A DNA stretch of 63,904 bases, filler included, from an uncultured Gemmatimonadota bacterium (lineage in GTDB: Bacteria > GCA-2686955), in assembly GCA_964490075.1 (NCBI GenBank). It is 3 parts of 3 records of this genome, joined end to end, with 100 filler letters (N's around TTAATTAATTAA, not from the genome) between each part and the next. Parts side by side here need not be neighbours in the genome. Positions count along the whole stretch, not along the records: positions 1 to 28,692 come from CAZBBK010000073.1; positions 28,793 to 56,077 come from CAZBBK010000074.1; 1 more part is not named here. One strand, 5' to 3'. The translations under genes and the position numbers were made by a program. Below, in pieces: positions 21,324 through 30,853 of the stretch (position 1 is the first letter of the stretch; each line of letters begins with the position of its first letter). The notes below the pieces were generated by a model. The model was not told the origin of the DNA and did not search any database. It saw nothing but the letters and a program-made list of their open reading frames with translations.

Positions 21324-23166
21324 GGACAGCTCTCACGACGTCGACCGGCGAGCGGCGGGGGCGACCCTGGTTCTGATACTGCTCTTCGGCGTGCTGGTTT
21401 CGAGGTCGGCATACCTGCAGATTTTCAAGCACGATCTCTATGTCGAGGCAGCCGACGAGAACCGTATTCGGGCGCTGGTTCGCAGCGCCCCGCGCGGCAT
21501 CATTCGCGACCGCAACGGCCGCATCCTGGCAGAGAACCGGGCGATCTACTCGGTCGACGCGGTGCTCGGCATGAGCGCCGGTCGTGCCGACACGCTGGCC
21601 GCTCTGCTGGCGCAGGTCAGCGAGATCGAGCGCGAGCGGCTGCGCACGCGCCTGGACGATGCGATCGTCTCCGATCGAGAGCGACGCGGCCGGCGCCTCC
21701 CGGAGCGCTTGCGGCTGGTGAGCGATGCGCACCTTCCGCTGGTCGCCCTGGTCGAGGAGCAGGCCCACCGGCTGCCGGAGATCGACGTTCGCACCCGTCC
21801 AAAACGTTACTACCGCTTTGGCGCTCTGGCGGGGCATGCGATCGGCTACCTGGGCGAGATCCGCGAGGATGAGCTGTCGCTGCCATGGGCTCGTGGCCGC
21901 TACCGCCCCGGAGACCTGGTGGGGCGGACCGGAGTCGAGCGCCAGTACGAGATGCTGCTGCGAGGAAGCAACGGTGTGCGCGTGGTCGAGGTCGACTCAC
22001 ACGGGCGCGAGGTGCGCTTGCTGCCGAACGAGGAGCACCGCGATCCGATCCCCGGCATGAACATGTTTCTCACGCTCGACATCGATCTGCAACGGTTGGC
22101 GGATTCTCTGATGGTGGGTCGGTCGGGAGCGGTGGTGGCGCTCGATCCGCAGAGCGGCGAGGTTCTGGCGCTGGCGTCGAAGCCGGACTACGACCTGAAC
22201 CTCTTTGGTCCCGGGGGGATCTCCAGCGCGGACTGGGCGGCGATCCGCGACGATCCGAACACGCCGCTCTTGCATCGCGCGATCGCCGGACTGTACCCGC
22301 CGGCCTCGACCTGGAAGCTGGCGGTGTCGGCGCTGGCCTTCGAGGAGGGCTTGATCGATCGCTCCACCGAGTATCCCGCGGCCTGCACTGGCGGCTACCG
22401 GTTTGGCCGCCGGACCTTCGGCTGCTGGTATCGGGGCGGGCACGGGTTCACCGATCCGCTGGAAGCCTTCGAGATGTCGTGCGACGTGTTCTACTACCAG
22501 TTGGCGCAGCGCCTGCAGCTCGACCCCTTCATGGAGGGGGCGCGCCGCCTCGGCTTTGGCTCGCGCAGCGCGATCGACATCCCGGGCGAGCAGGAGGGAG
22601 AGCTACCGTCGACCGAGTGGTACGACCGGCGCTTCGGCGAAGACGGGTGGTCGCGAGGAGTGATGCTCAATCTGTCGATCGGCCAGGGTGAGATCCTGGT
22701 CACGCCGCTGCAGATGGCCGCGTTTTACGGGGCGGTGGCCCACGGCGGAGAGCTGGTGAGACCGCATCTTCTGCTGCGGGCATTGCCGTCGGCCGGGCGC
22801 GGAGAGCCCAAGACGCCGATCCCCTTCTCGCGACCTCTACCGCTCGGCGACGCCACGCTGGAGTTCCTCGAAGAGGCATTGCTGCGCGTGGTCGAAGGGC
22901 GCGAGGGCACGGGCGAGAAGGCCGCGGTGCCGGGAATCGAGGTGGGCGGCAAGACCGGCACCGCGGAGAACCCCCACGGCGAAACGCACGCCTGGTTCGT
23001 CGGCGTGGCGCCGCTCGGGGCGGTCGAGATCGCCGTGGCCTGCATCGTGGAAGAGGGAGGTCACGGCGGAGCGACCGCTGCGCCGGTGGTCGGTCGAATG
23101 CTGCAGCGCTACTTCGCGAAGGTCTCCCAGCGGGTTGCCTTGGCCGCCGAGGGAGCCACGCCATGA
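21313..23166 (+). CDS. mrdA: Penicillin-binding protein 2
   Basis: APRGIIRDRNG, SxxK (STWK), SCD and KTGTAE; operon position. Confidence 0.95.
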   Translation: MGARDSSHDVDRRAAGATLVLILLFGVLVSRSAYLQIFKHDLYVEAADENRIRALVRSAPRGIIRDRNGRILAENRAIYSVDAVLGMSAGRADTLAALLAQVSEIERERLRTRLDDAIVSDRERRGRRLPERLRLVSDAHLPLVALVEEQAHRLPEIDVRTRPKRYYRFGALAGHAIGYLGEIREDELSLPWARGRYRPGDLVGRTGVERQYEMLLRGSNGVRVVEVDSHGREVRLLPNEEHRDPIPGMNMFLTLDIDLQRLADSLMVGRSGAVVALDPQSGEVLALASKPDYDLNLFGPGGISSADWAAIRDDPNTPLLHRAIAGLYPPASTWKLAVSALAFEEGLIDRSTEYPAACTGGYRFGRRTFGCWYRGGHGFTDPLEAFEMSCDVFYYQLAQRLQLDPFMEGARRLGFGSRSAIDIPGEQEGELPSTEWYDRRFGEDGWSRGVMLNLSIGQGEILVTPLQMAAFYGAVAHGGELVRPHLLLRALPSAGRGEPKTPIPFSRPLPLGDATLEFLEEALLRVVEGREGTGEKAAVPGIEVGGKTGTAENPHGETHAWFVGVAPLGAVEIAVACIVEEGGHGGATAAPVVGRMLQRYFAKVSQRVALAAEGATP

Positions 23167-24431
23167 GCCTGCGCGCCGATCGTCGTCGTCACAACCTGGA
23201 CCTGGCGCCTCTGATCGCGGCGATCGTCCTGGGGCTGATCGGCGTCGCGCTCATCTACAGCGCATCCGGCGGCGGAGAGGGCGGGGGCGCCGCCCTGGCG
23301 GTGAAGCAAGTGCAGGTTTTGGGGGTCGGATTGGTCGTGGCGGCGGCTGCCATGGCGCTAGATCCCAGGACTCTGGAAGGTGTCGCCTACCTGCTTTTCG
23401 GCATCACCGTCGCGGTGCTGGTCCTGCTCCTGGCGCTCCCGGGAGAGACCGCCGGTACCAAGCGCTGGCTGGACCTGGGACCGCTCTCGTTTCAGCCCTC
23501 GGAGCTCGCGAAGATCGTGACGATTTTCGCCCTGGCACGCTTTCTGGCCGATCCCCGCGTCGATCCCAACCGCGCCGCCATCACCCTGGCCGCGGGAGCG
23601 ATCGGGCTGCTGCCGATGATGCTGATCTTGAATCAGCCCGATCTTGGTACCTCGATGGCGCTGCCGCCGATCGTCGTCGCCCTGCTCTACTGGAGCGGGT
23701 TGTCCGGCATACGCCTCTTCCTGATGATCACTCCGCTCTTGAGCGCGGGAATCGCATTCATGTACCCGCCGCTGCTCGGCGAGGCGGCCAGCTGGATCGA
23801 CCTCCTGCCCTGGGGCGTGCTGATCGGCGCGGTTACCGTCGTGGTGTTGGTGTCGGGCATGGGGCTGATCCGCGGCGGTCTGGCGATCGCATCCAATATC
23901 GTCGCCGGATTGGCAACACCATTCCTGTGGGGGCAGCTCCACGAGTATCAGCGCAGCCGCATCATCACTTTCATGCAGCCGGAATCCGATCCGCGCGGTG
24001 CCGGCTACCAGATCATCCAGAGCAAGGTGGCGATCGGGTCGGGCGGGCTGTTCGGCAAGGGCTACCTGCAAGGGACCCAGTCGACGCTGGACTTCATCCC
24101 CGCGCGACACACCGATTTCATCGTCGCCGTGCTCGGCGAGGAGTGGGGTCTGGCGGGCGTGGTGGTGGTGTGCGCGCTCTTCTTCTTCATCATCCACAAG
24201 GCGATCCGCTTCGCGCAGGAGTCGCGTCATCCCTTCTCGTCGATGACCGCGTTCGGCATCGCCGCGGTGCTGGGCTACCACGTGCTGGTCAACGTCGGCA
24301 TGGCGACCGGCCTGGTGCCGGTGACCGGCCTGACGCTGCCCTTGATTTCCTACGGAGGCTCGTCGCTGATCATCACCATGGGGATGGTCGGGCTCCTGGT
24401 CGGCATCGGCATGCGGCGCCACGAGCGCTGA
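23163..24431 (+). CDS. rodA: Rod shape-determining protein RodA (SEDS family)
   Basis: KRWL, QPSELAK, QPDLGT, GYQIIQS, HTDFI and LISYGGSS. Confidence 0.95.
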   Translation: MSLRADRRRHNLDLAPLIAAIVLGLIGVALIYSASGGGEGGGAALAVKQVQVLGVGLVVAAAAMALDPRTLEGVAYLLFGITVAVLVLLLALPGETAGTKRWLDLGPLSFQPSELAKIVTIFALARFLADPRVDPNRAAITLAAGAIGLLPMMLILNQPDLGTSMALPPIVVALLYWSGLSGIRLFLMITPLLSAGIAFMYPPLLGEAASWIDLLPWGVLIGAVTVVVLVSGMGLIRGGLAIASNIVAGLATPFLWGQLHEYQRSRIITFMQPESDPRGAGYQIIQSKVAIGSGGLFGKGYLQGTQSTLDFIPARHTDFIVAVLGEEWGLAGVVVVCALFFFIIHKAIRFAQESRHPFSSMTAFGIAAVLGYHVLVNVGMATGLVPVTGLTLPLISYGGSSLIITMGMVGLLVGIGMRRHER

Positions 24432-24438
24432 CCTCTGA

Positions 24439-26205
24439 TCAATCGGCGGCTGGAAGCTCGGTCAGTCCTTTCCAGGTCATGGGCGCGAAACCGGCGAGGA
24501 TGTAGTGGTCGGGATCGGGCTCAGCGGCGACGACGATGCCATCGACCTCGGTCTCCAGGTGCTCGTGAGTGGCGGCGTTGAAAACGACGACATCTCTGGT
24601 CGAGGCGTCGTCCATGGTGAGCCGCAGCGTGATCGGCATGGTGTAGGGATTGACGCCGCCTTGCACCTGCTCGATCTCGAAGTCGACCAGTGTGCGCTCG
24701 CCCGTCAGGGCGCCGAGGCGCAGCGCGTAGCGATAGGACGGTCGTCCGGGCTCGTAGAGCCAGGGATCGAAGAACCAGTCCATCTCCTGTCCGGTCTGGT
24801 CTTCCACCAGCGCCACGAAGTCGGCGGTGACCGGTGATTGATGCTCGTAGGCGGCATACCATACTCGCAACACTTCGATCAGCTCGTCGCGGCCGAGGAT
24901 CCCGCGCAGCATGTGCAGGATCCACGCCCCCTTCTCGTAAACGGTGTTGTTGAAAGTATGGTCGGGATCGTAGACCGGTCCCGGAAAGCTCGGCGCGGCG
25001 ATCGCCGACATGTAGTCGAGGTAGCTCTGGTAGCCGCCGATGGTCTCGGCCCAGATCGCTTCGCTGTAGGTCGCGAAGCCCTCGTTGAGCCAGATGTCTT
25101 TCCAGGTGCCGCAGGTCACGGTGTTGCCCCACCAGTGGTGCGAGAGCTCGTGGGCGGCGACGAAGTCACCGGAGTTGTCGCCGCTGTAGAGCCAGGTGCC
25201 GTAGGTGGTCATGGTGGTGTGCTCCATGGCACCCCAGATCGGAGCTTCCATGTGGCCGTACTTCTCGGCGGCGAAGGGGTAGGGCGCGTACTCCAGCTCG
25301 TAGGCGCGCATCATGCTCGGGATGTTGGCGACATCGATACGGGCGCGCTCTTCGCTGGTCGGCCAGGTGTAGTAGTCCAGCGGCAGAGTGCCGCCTTCGA
25401 TCAAGGAGTAACTGTCTTCGATCAGCACGAAGTTGGTCGCCGTCAGAGCGACCAGGTAGGTCGGGAGCAGGTATTGCGTGCGCCAGTGGTGGGTGGCGGT
25501 GCCGTCGCCGTGGTCGTCGACCGCCTCGAGCAGGCCGTTGGAAGCGACGACATAGCGATCGGGCATTCGGATGTGCAGCTCGACCGTCGCCTTGTCGTCT
25601 GGGCGGTCCTTGCAGGGCCACCACTCGCGGGCCATGTTCGGCTCCGAGAGGGTCCACACCACCGGGAAGTTGCGCAGCCGGAAGATGTCCAGGCCGCGGA
25701 AGTCGAAGTCGTTCGGCGAGCCGCCGTAGAGCACGCGCAGGGTGTCGCGCGTTCCCGCTCCGAGCGGCGGATCGAGAAGCACTTCGAGCTCGTTGTTCTG
25801 GTGCACGAAGGCCTGCGGCGCGCCGTCGCCGCGCAGCACCTCCTCGACCTGGAGAAGCTGGTCGAGGTTGAGCATGACCTGGTCGAGGCTCGGCCCGGTC
25901 GGCTGCAGCACGATGTCGACGAAGCCGTCGAGGTGACGGGTCGTGGGCGCGGGATCGATCGCCAGGTCGATCGCATAGTGCAGGGCGTCGAAGGCATCCT
26001 GCGCCGCCACGGTGGCGGGATCGGCCCCCAGAGGCGGGAGCTGCGCGGCGCCGCGCTCGGCGGCGAGCCGGTGACCCGTGCGGATGGCCCGATGCGCGTG
26101 GTGGATCAGGCGCCGCAGGGCCGCGGGATCCTCCGGCAGCGAGGCGGAGTGGATGGTGGGGGCGAGGGCGAGCAGCGCGGGGGTGAAGGGGGCGAGCGGT
26201 AGCAT
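24439..26205 (-). CDS. M1 family zinc aminopeptidase, secreted
   Basis: GAMEH, HELSH with downstream WLNEGFATY, and YEKGAW. Signal-like N-terminus; GGAGA RBS before the ATG at 26205. Confidence 0.92.
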   Translation of the reverse strand: MLPLAPFTPALLALAPTIHSASLPEDPAALRRLIHHAHRAIRTGHRLAAERGAAQLPPLGADPATVAAQDAFDALHYAIDLAIDPAPTTRHLDGFVDIVLQPTGPSLDQVMLNLDQLLQVEEVLRGDGAPQAFVHQNNELEVLLDPPLGAGTRDTLRVLYGGSPNDFDFRGLDIFRLRNFPVVWTLSEPNMAREWWPCKDRPDDKATVELHIRMPDRYVVASNGLLEAVDDHGDGTATHHWRTQYLLPTYLVALTATNFVLIEDSYSLIEGGTLPLDYYTWPTSEERARIDVANIPSMMRAYELEYAPYPFAAEKYGHMEAPIWGAMEHTTMTTYGTWLYSGDNSGDFVAAHELSHHWWGNTVTCGTWKDIWLNEGFATYSEAIWAETIGGYQSYLDYMSAIAAPSFPGPVYDPDHTFNNTVYEKGAWILHMLRGILGRDELIEVLRVWYAAYEHQSPVTADFVALVEDQTGQEMDWFFDPWLYEPGRPSYRYALRLGALTGERTLVDFEIEQVQGGVNPYTMPITLRLTMDDASTRDVVVFNAATHEHLETEVDGIVVAAEPDPDHYILAGFAPMTWKGLTELPAAD

Positions 26206-26323
26206 CGAATCTCCATGCGTGCCGATGCGTCGGGGATGGCGGGACGGGGCGGGCGAGCTCTCGGCCCGAGTCCAGCCTAACCTGCCCAACCGCGGCCGTG
26301 CCTTGCGCCGCCATCATCTGGGT

Positions 26324-26575
26324 ATGGATCTGCAATCGCAACTCCGGCAGGCCCTGCGCGCAGGGGATCAGGTGGAGGTCGCCGTCCTCTTCGGATCGCG
26401 TGCCCGAGGCGACGCGACGCCGGAGTCCGATCTCGATCTCGCGCTCCGCGCTCCTGGCGCCGACCTGCCGCGGATCGGCAGCGAGCTGAGCCGCGCTCTG
26501 GCCATCGAGACCGATATCGTCGACCTCGACGCGGTCGGCTACCCCTTGCTGCGGGCGAGCGTGCGCGACGCCTAA
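26324..26575 (+). pseudogene. Truncated minimal nucleotidyltransferase (MntA-like antitoxin)
   Basis: LFGSRARG...SDLDL and DIVDL motifs are present, but the ORF stops at 83 codons, before the usual C-terminal helices. Confidence 0.7.
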
Positions 26576-26604
26576 CTGCAACGAGTGGCGAAGGAGGGGC
26601 TGTG

Positions 26605-26775
26605 ATGGTCGACGCCGATATCGTCGCGGCCAAGCTCGCGGAGCTACCGGAGCATCTGGTTCGCATTCGTGACCGCTGTCCGGAACAGCTCGAGGCGCTC
26701 GCCGCCGATCGAGTTGCGCGCGACATTGTCGCCTTCAGCCTGATGCTCGCGGTTCAGACTTGCCTGGATATCGCC
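26605..26775 (+). pseudogene. N-terminal fragment of HEPN/DUF86 (HepT-like) toxin
   Basis: MVDADIVAAKL...FSLMLAVQTCLDIA resembles the DUF86 N-terminus. Similarity ends there and no R-x4-6-H motif follows. Confidence 0.65.
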
Positions 26776-26991
26776 CCCGCGAGCGAGACCTCTTCTCGGC
26801 AATCACCTCCCCAAGCCCGCCCCACCATGTTACCCTCCCCTCGAAAGATGCGCCCCGGCAACTTCAGCGAGTGCGTGGTCCCCGAGCGAGATGCCCGGTC
26901 TCATCCGCGCGGCGCGGGCGCCGCCGAGGCCCACACCGCCGAGCCTGGCCGTTTCCGAAGGGGGGCGGCCCTGGAAAGAAAGGTAGGAATC

Positions 26992-27331
26992 ATGCGTTTC
27001 CACAAACTCGGCTCAGTCGTGGAGGGGGCGCCCAACGGCAAGTATGGCAAGGGACTGGTGGTGGGGGTGCGGCCCGACTCCGCGCACTACGCCGAGCAGC
27101 TCGTGCACCAGTCGATCAAGTGGGGCCAGATCACCGACAACGAGATCGACGCCTCGGCCGACGGCGCCGCCGGAACCCGACTACTGGGATGCCGCCGGAG
27201 GTCCGGGGGTGTGGAGCGAACGCAACGACGCGGGTGCCTACGGTGGGCCGGACAACTGGTGGGGTTCCGGCCCGGTAGCTCCGGATTCTTGTCTCGAGTA
27301 CACCACCCTCGTGAATCAGTGCGGCAACTGA
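26992..27331 (+). pseudogene. Collapsed relic of a secreted beta-helix-type protein
   Basis: Purine-rich RBS and ATG at 26992. After a frame change near 27160, the sequence reads PDYWD...RNDAGAYGGPDN, matching the C-terminal RSDMGAYAGPGN of the protein at 42676-43890. Confidence 0.45.
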
Positions 27332-27342
27332 TCTGAGACACC

Positions 27343-27366
27343 GGGCGGGCGCATTCGCGCCCGCCC
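27343..27366. terminator. Perfect 10-bp GC stem-loop, possible terminator
   Basis: GGGCGGGCGC-ATTC-GCGCCCGCCC directly after the relic ORF. The U-tract is weak. Confidence 0.4.
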
Positions 27367-27381
27367 CTTCGGAGGCGGATC

Positions 27382-28692
27382 ATGTTGCTGCTGCTGATAC
27401 TGTCTACTATCGCGTCCGCGGAGAGTGCGGAGCACGACGAAGGCTACCCCGAGAACGAAGGATGGCCGGTTCCCTATCACTACAACGTCGGTGGTCCCCT
27501 GGTCGTGGATGTCGATGGCAATGGGGAGCTGGATGTGGTGGCGTGCAGAGGAGACGAATGGTCGAACGTCGACGTCATGGCCTGGTCGAGCGAGGGGTTC
27601 CCGCTCGAGGGTTGGCCGAAGTACCTCAGGCATCGGAGTAACTGGCCCTTTCCCGGTGCCGATTTCGACAACGACGGCCGGATCGAGGTTGTGATCGTGC
27701 CCTATCGCAGCCAGGATCCGACACAAATCGTCGCTTATCGCCACGACGACACCATTCCCTCTGGCTGGCCGATCGATATCAAGTGGATGAGCGTCGGCGG
27801 ACCGAGCTTCAGCGATCTGAACGGCGACGGTAAGCTGGAAGCCGCGGCGGCGATCACCATGCAGCTCGAGCTCGCGACGGAGCTGCACCTCTACGACTGG
27901 CGCGGACGAGAGATGCCGGGCTGGCCCAAGCCGATCGACCAACAGATCTCGAACGCCCCCGTGATGACCGATCTCGACCTCGACGGCGACCTGGAAGTGT
28001 TGGCTGGCGCCGCTCTGCTCTACTTCGGCCCCGGCTGGATCTACGCCTACCACCACGACGGCACCCCCTACGCCGAAGACGAGATCCTGGCCGAGGTTCC
28101 GAGCGGCCTCATCATACACCCGATGTCGGTCGCCGATCTTACCGGCGATCTGCACCCCGAGATCATCGCTCCGGATCGAAACACCGCGATCCACGTCATC
28201 GACTGGCAGGGCAATGCGGTTCCGGGCTGGCCGGCCAGCCAGCAGTTCGGTTTCAACGAAGCGATGCCGGTGGTCCTCCGCGCCCCTGATGGCATCAGCT
28301 CCGACTCGATGCTGCTCATGGCGCACGCCGCCCACGGCCAGGCCTTTCTCTACGATGGCGATGGCCGACTCATGCCCGGCTGGCCCTGGGAGAGGAACTG
28401 CACCGTCTACTCGCAGTTCGTGGTCGGTGATCTGGACGGCGACCCGGCGCCCGAGGGCTTCATGGGTCCGTGCTACAGCCTCGGCGAGTGGGCCTTCAAT
28501 CTCGACGGATCGGTTTGCGAGGGCTTCCCGATCGAGTCCTACCGAGGGATGGGCTCCGGAGCCGGCACCCTGGCCGATCTGGACGGCGATGGCGACACCG
28601 ATATCATCATGCAGTTTGACGATAAGGTCCACGCCTTCGACACCCCCGGCGTCTGGGACCCAGACCGCATCGAATGCGCCCGCTGGATGTAC
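27382..28692 (+). CDS. Secreted FG-GAP/VCBS-repeat beta-propeller protein (3' end cut by contig break)
   Basis: Signal peptide, about seven D-x-D/N-G-D-G-type Ca-binding loops, and about seven GWP/GFP motifs. GGAGG RBS upstream. Confidence 0.85.
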
Positions 28693-28792
28693 NNNNNNNN
28701 NNNNNNNNNNNNNNNNNNNNNNNNNNNNNNNNNNNNTTAATTAATTAANNNNNNNNNNNNNNNNNNNNNNNNNNNNNNNNNNNNNNNNNNNN
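28693..28792. other. Artificial contig spacer
   Basis: 44 N + TTAATTAATTAA (stops in all six frames) + 44 N. Confidence 0.98.
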
Positions 28793-28876
28793 GCACCGCC
28801 CGCGACAGCCTGCGGGTCGAGGTCGAGCCGGCGCTGGGGGATCCGGCATTGGGCGTGCGGATCGTAGAATGAGGTC

Positions 28877-28996
28877 TCAGGAGCCTCGAGCGGGAGCGAG
28901 CGACGACTCGGGACGCCGCTCCTGAACGTAGTCGCCGATGCGCTTGACGCAGTCGAGGATGTCCTCGACGCGAAAGGCCCAGGTCCTACGCGGCAT
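28877..28996 (-). pseudogene. Truncated HEPN/DUF86 (HepT-like) toxin
   Basis: Reads MPRRTWAFRVEDILDCVKRIGDY, a typical DUF86 N-terminus, then degenerates and stops after 39 residues. It overlaps the end of the MNT remnant. Confidence 0.65.
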
Positions 28997-29183
28997 GGAT
29001 CGCCTCGGCCAGGATCGAGTCGCGCAGCGCAGGGTGCAGTGCGGCGCGGGTCACCAGGTCGACGGGGTGACCGCGGAGTGTCTCGATCTCGCGTCTCAGA
29101 CGATCGAGCTCGAAGAGCCCGACCGGGCGTCCGAGCTCGTCCGGCCCGGAGGTGATGCTCGTATCGACCACATCTGACACCAC
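28986..29183 (-). pseudogene. C-terminal half of a minimal nucleotidyltransferase (MNT)
   Basis: VGLF...GHPVDLVTRAALHPALRDSILAEA is the MNT C-terminal half. The catalytic GS..RG/DxD N-terminus is missing. Confidence 0.65.
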
Positions 29184-29427
29184 CCTGCCGCGGCGTGCCT
29201 GTGGTCGTCCTGACCCCGATCGGGATCAAGTCGCCAGCTTCATCCGCGCTCGCCGCAAAGCGAATCGCCTCACGCAACGCGAGCTGGCCGAGCTGGCGGG
29301 GGTCGGCGTACGCCTGGTTTCCGAGCTCGAGCGAGGCAAACCGACGGCGCGCCTCGACGCGGTCAACGCGGTCCTGGCTGTGTTCGGAGCGGTTCTCGGC
29401 GTGGTCGACTTGGAGCGCGATCGGTGA
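29155..29427 (+). CDS. hipB: HipB-like (y4mF-type) XRE HTH protein
   Basis: FIRARRKANRLTQRELAELAGVGVRLVSELERGKPT.RLD.VN.VL..FG; first gene of the three-gene module. The exact start is uncertain. Confidence 0.85.
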   Translation: MLVSTTSDTTLPRRACGRPDPDRDQVASFIRARRKANRLTQRELAELAGVGVRLVSELERGKPTARLDAVNAVLAVFGAVLGVVDLERDR

Positions 29428-29819
29428 GACGCGCGAGCGTGTCGATCGACGGGGAGCTGGTCGGTACCATCCACGAGCTCCAGGGTGGCGGCACCCGGTT
29501 CCGCTACGCCGCCGAGTGGCTCGCGCGAGCCGATGCGCTCCCGGTCTCATCGACCCTGCCCTTGCGCGAGGAGCCCTTCGATGCGCCCGGACTTCACCCT
29601 TTCTTCGAGAATCTCCTTCCCGAGGGCTGGCTTCTGGAGATCTCGACGCGAGCGGCAAAGGTAGCCAAGGACGACGCCTTCGGACTCCTGATGGCGCTGT
29701 GCCGGGACTGTATCGGTGCGGTCGAGATCGACGCCGATGAGCGAGGTCTGCCGCATTTGCCTGGGGGCCGTCGCCGGTGCGAATATCCATCCGACCTGTC
29801 TGCGGCGGCTCTTCGGTAG
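29424..29819 (+). CDS. HipA N-terminal-domain protein (HipS-like antitoxin)
   Basis: FRY...W, PVSSTLPL, LHPFFENLLPEGWL and DCIGAV. GTGA overlap with hipB. Confidence 0.88.
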   Translation: MRRASVSIDGELVGTIHELQGGGTRFRYAAEWLARADALPVSSTLPLREEPFDAPGLHPFFENLLPEGWLLEISTRAAKVAKDDAFGLLMALCRDCIGAVEIDADERGLPHLPGGRRRCEYPSDLSAAALR

Positions 29820-30654
29820 CCGTGCCATGCCTCGGTTCGACGTCGATCGCGCTCGCCTGCACACCTTCGCGTTGGCGATGACCGGTCGCACCACGCTTTC
29901 CGGCGTACAGCGAAAGCTCTCGCTGGGGCTCACTCCGGATCGGATGACGCTCAGAGCTGCCGAGGAGGGGGGGCAGTACATACTCAAGCCGGCGTCGGAG
30001 ACCTTCCCTGCGCTGCCGGAGAACGAGCAGGTCACGATGCATCTCGCCGCCGCCGCGGGTGTCGAGGTGCCCGCCTTCGGCCTGGTGCCCCTCACCGACG
30101 GCTCCTGGGCCTACATCGTTCGGCGCTTCGACCGCGACCCGAAAGGTAAGCTGCACCAAGAGGATTTCTGCCAGCTCGCGGGTCGCGCTTCGATGGAGAA
30201 GTACCGTGACAGCGCCGAGCTCTGCGGCCGTCTGGTGAGTCGCTACGCGAGCGAACCGGCGATCGCTCCGCGCGCGCTCTTCCGGCTGCTCGTCGTCGCC
30301 TGGTGGACCGGAAACGGCGACATGCACCTCAAGAACTTCTCGTTGCTCCGCGGACGTGATGGACGCCACCGCCTGTGGCCGGCCTACGATCTGCTGTGCA
30401 CTCGCCTGGTCATTCCCAACGATCCCCTCGCCCTGCCCATAGGCGGCCGCCGGAACCGCCTCACGCGTCGCGGTTGGCTGCGCTTCGCGGAGCACGCGGG
30501 CTTGCCGGAGAAGGCGGCGATCCGGGTCTTGGGTGAGGTCGGAGCGGCGCTTCAGCCGGCGCTGGAGCTGGTCGACCGCTCGTTTCTGCCGGAAGGGATG
30601 AAGATCGCCTACAGCGAGCTGCTGGGCGAGCGGACGGTGAGCTTGGTCGGATGA
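29737..30654 (+). CDS. HipA-family Ser/Thr kinase toxin (HipT-like)
   Basis: LSGVQRKLS, YILKP, ENE, RFDR, HQEDFCQ, GNGDMHLKNFSL and PAYDLL. The N-terminus has CxxC...HxxC. Confidence 0.92.
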   Translation: MSEVCRICLGAVAGANIHPTCLRRLFGSRAMPRFDVDRARLHTFALAMTGRTTLSGVQRKLSLGLTPDRMTLRAAEEGGQYILKPASETFPALPENEQVTMHLAAAAGVEVPAFGLVPLTDGSWAYIVRRFDRDPKGKLHQEDFCQLAGRASMEKYRDSAELCGRLVSRYASEPAIAPRALFRLLVVAWWTGNGDMHLKNFSLLRGRDGRHRLWPAYDLLCTRLVIPNDPLALPIGGRRNRLTRRGWLRFAEHAGLPEKAAIRVLGEVGAALQPALELVDRSFLPEGMKIAYSELLGERTVSLVG

Positions 30655-30853
30655 CGCCGGGCGCACGCCGCTTGCCCGCGCACTCCCGATGGCCCTATAT
30701 TGGCCCCGTTTTTGTTCGCGAAGCCCCGAGCCAGGAGACGCCCCGAGGATCTGGATAACGCAGCAGCGCCGCGCCCCGCGGCGCCGAACACCCCCACCGG
30801 CCGATGCTCTTCGGCCTTCCATCCGATCCTCTGAAAGGGCGCCGGACCCACCG

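Noticed and set aside
28693-28792. TTAATTAATTAA palindrome within N runs (also 56078-56177) as a biological site
   Set aside because: It is an identical 100-nt construct at both places and a contig-joining linker. ORFs that cross or end in it have artificial ends.
26324-30654. One continuous TA/defence island spanning both MNT-HEPN remnants and HipBST
   Set aside because: The two halves lie on different contigs, so their proximity cannot be trusted.
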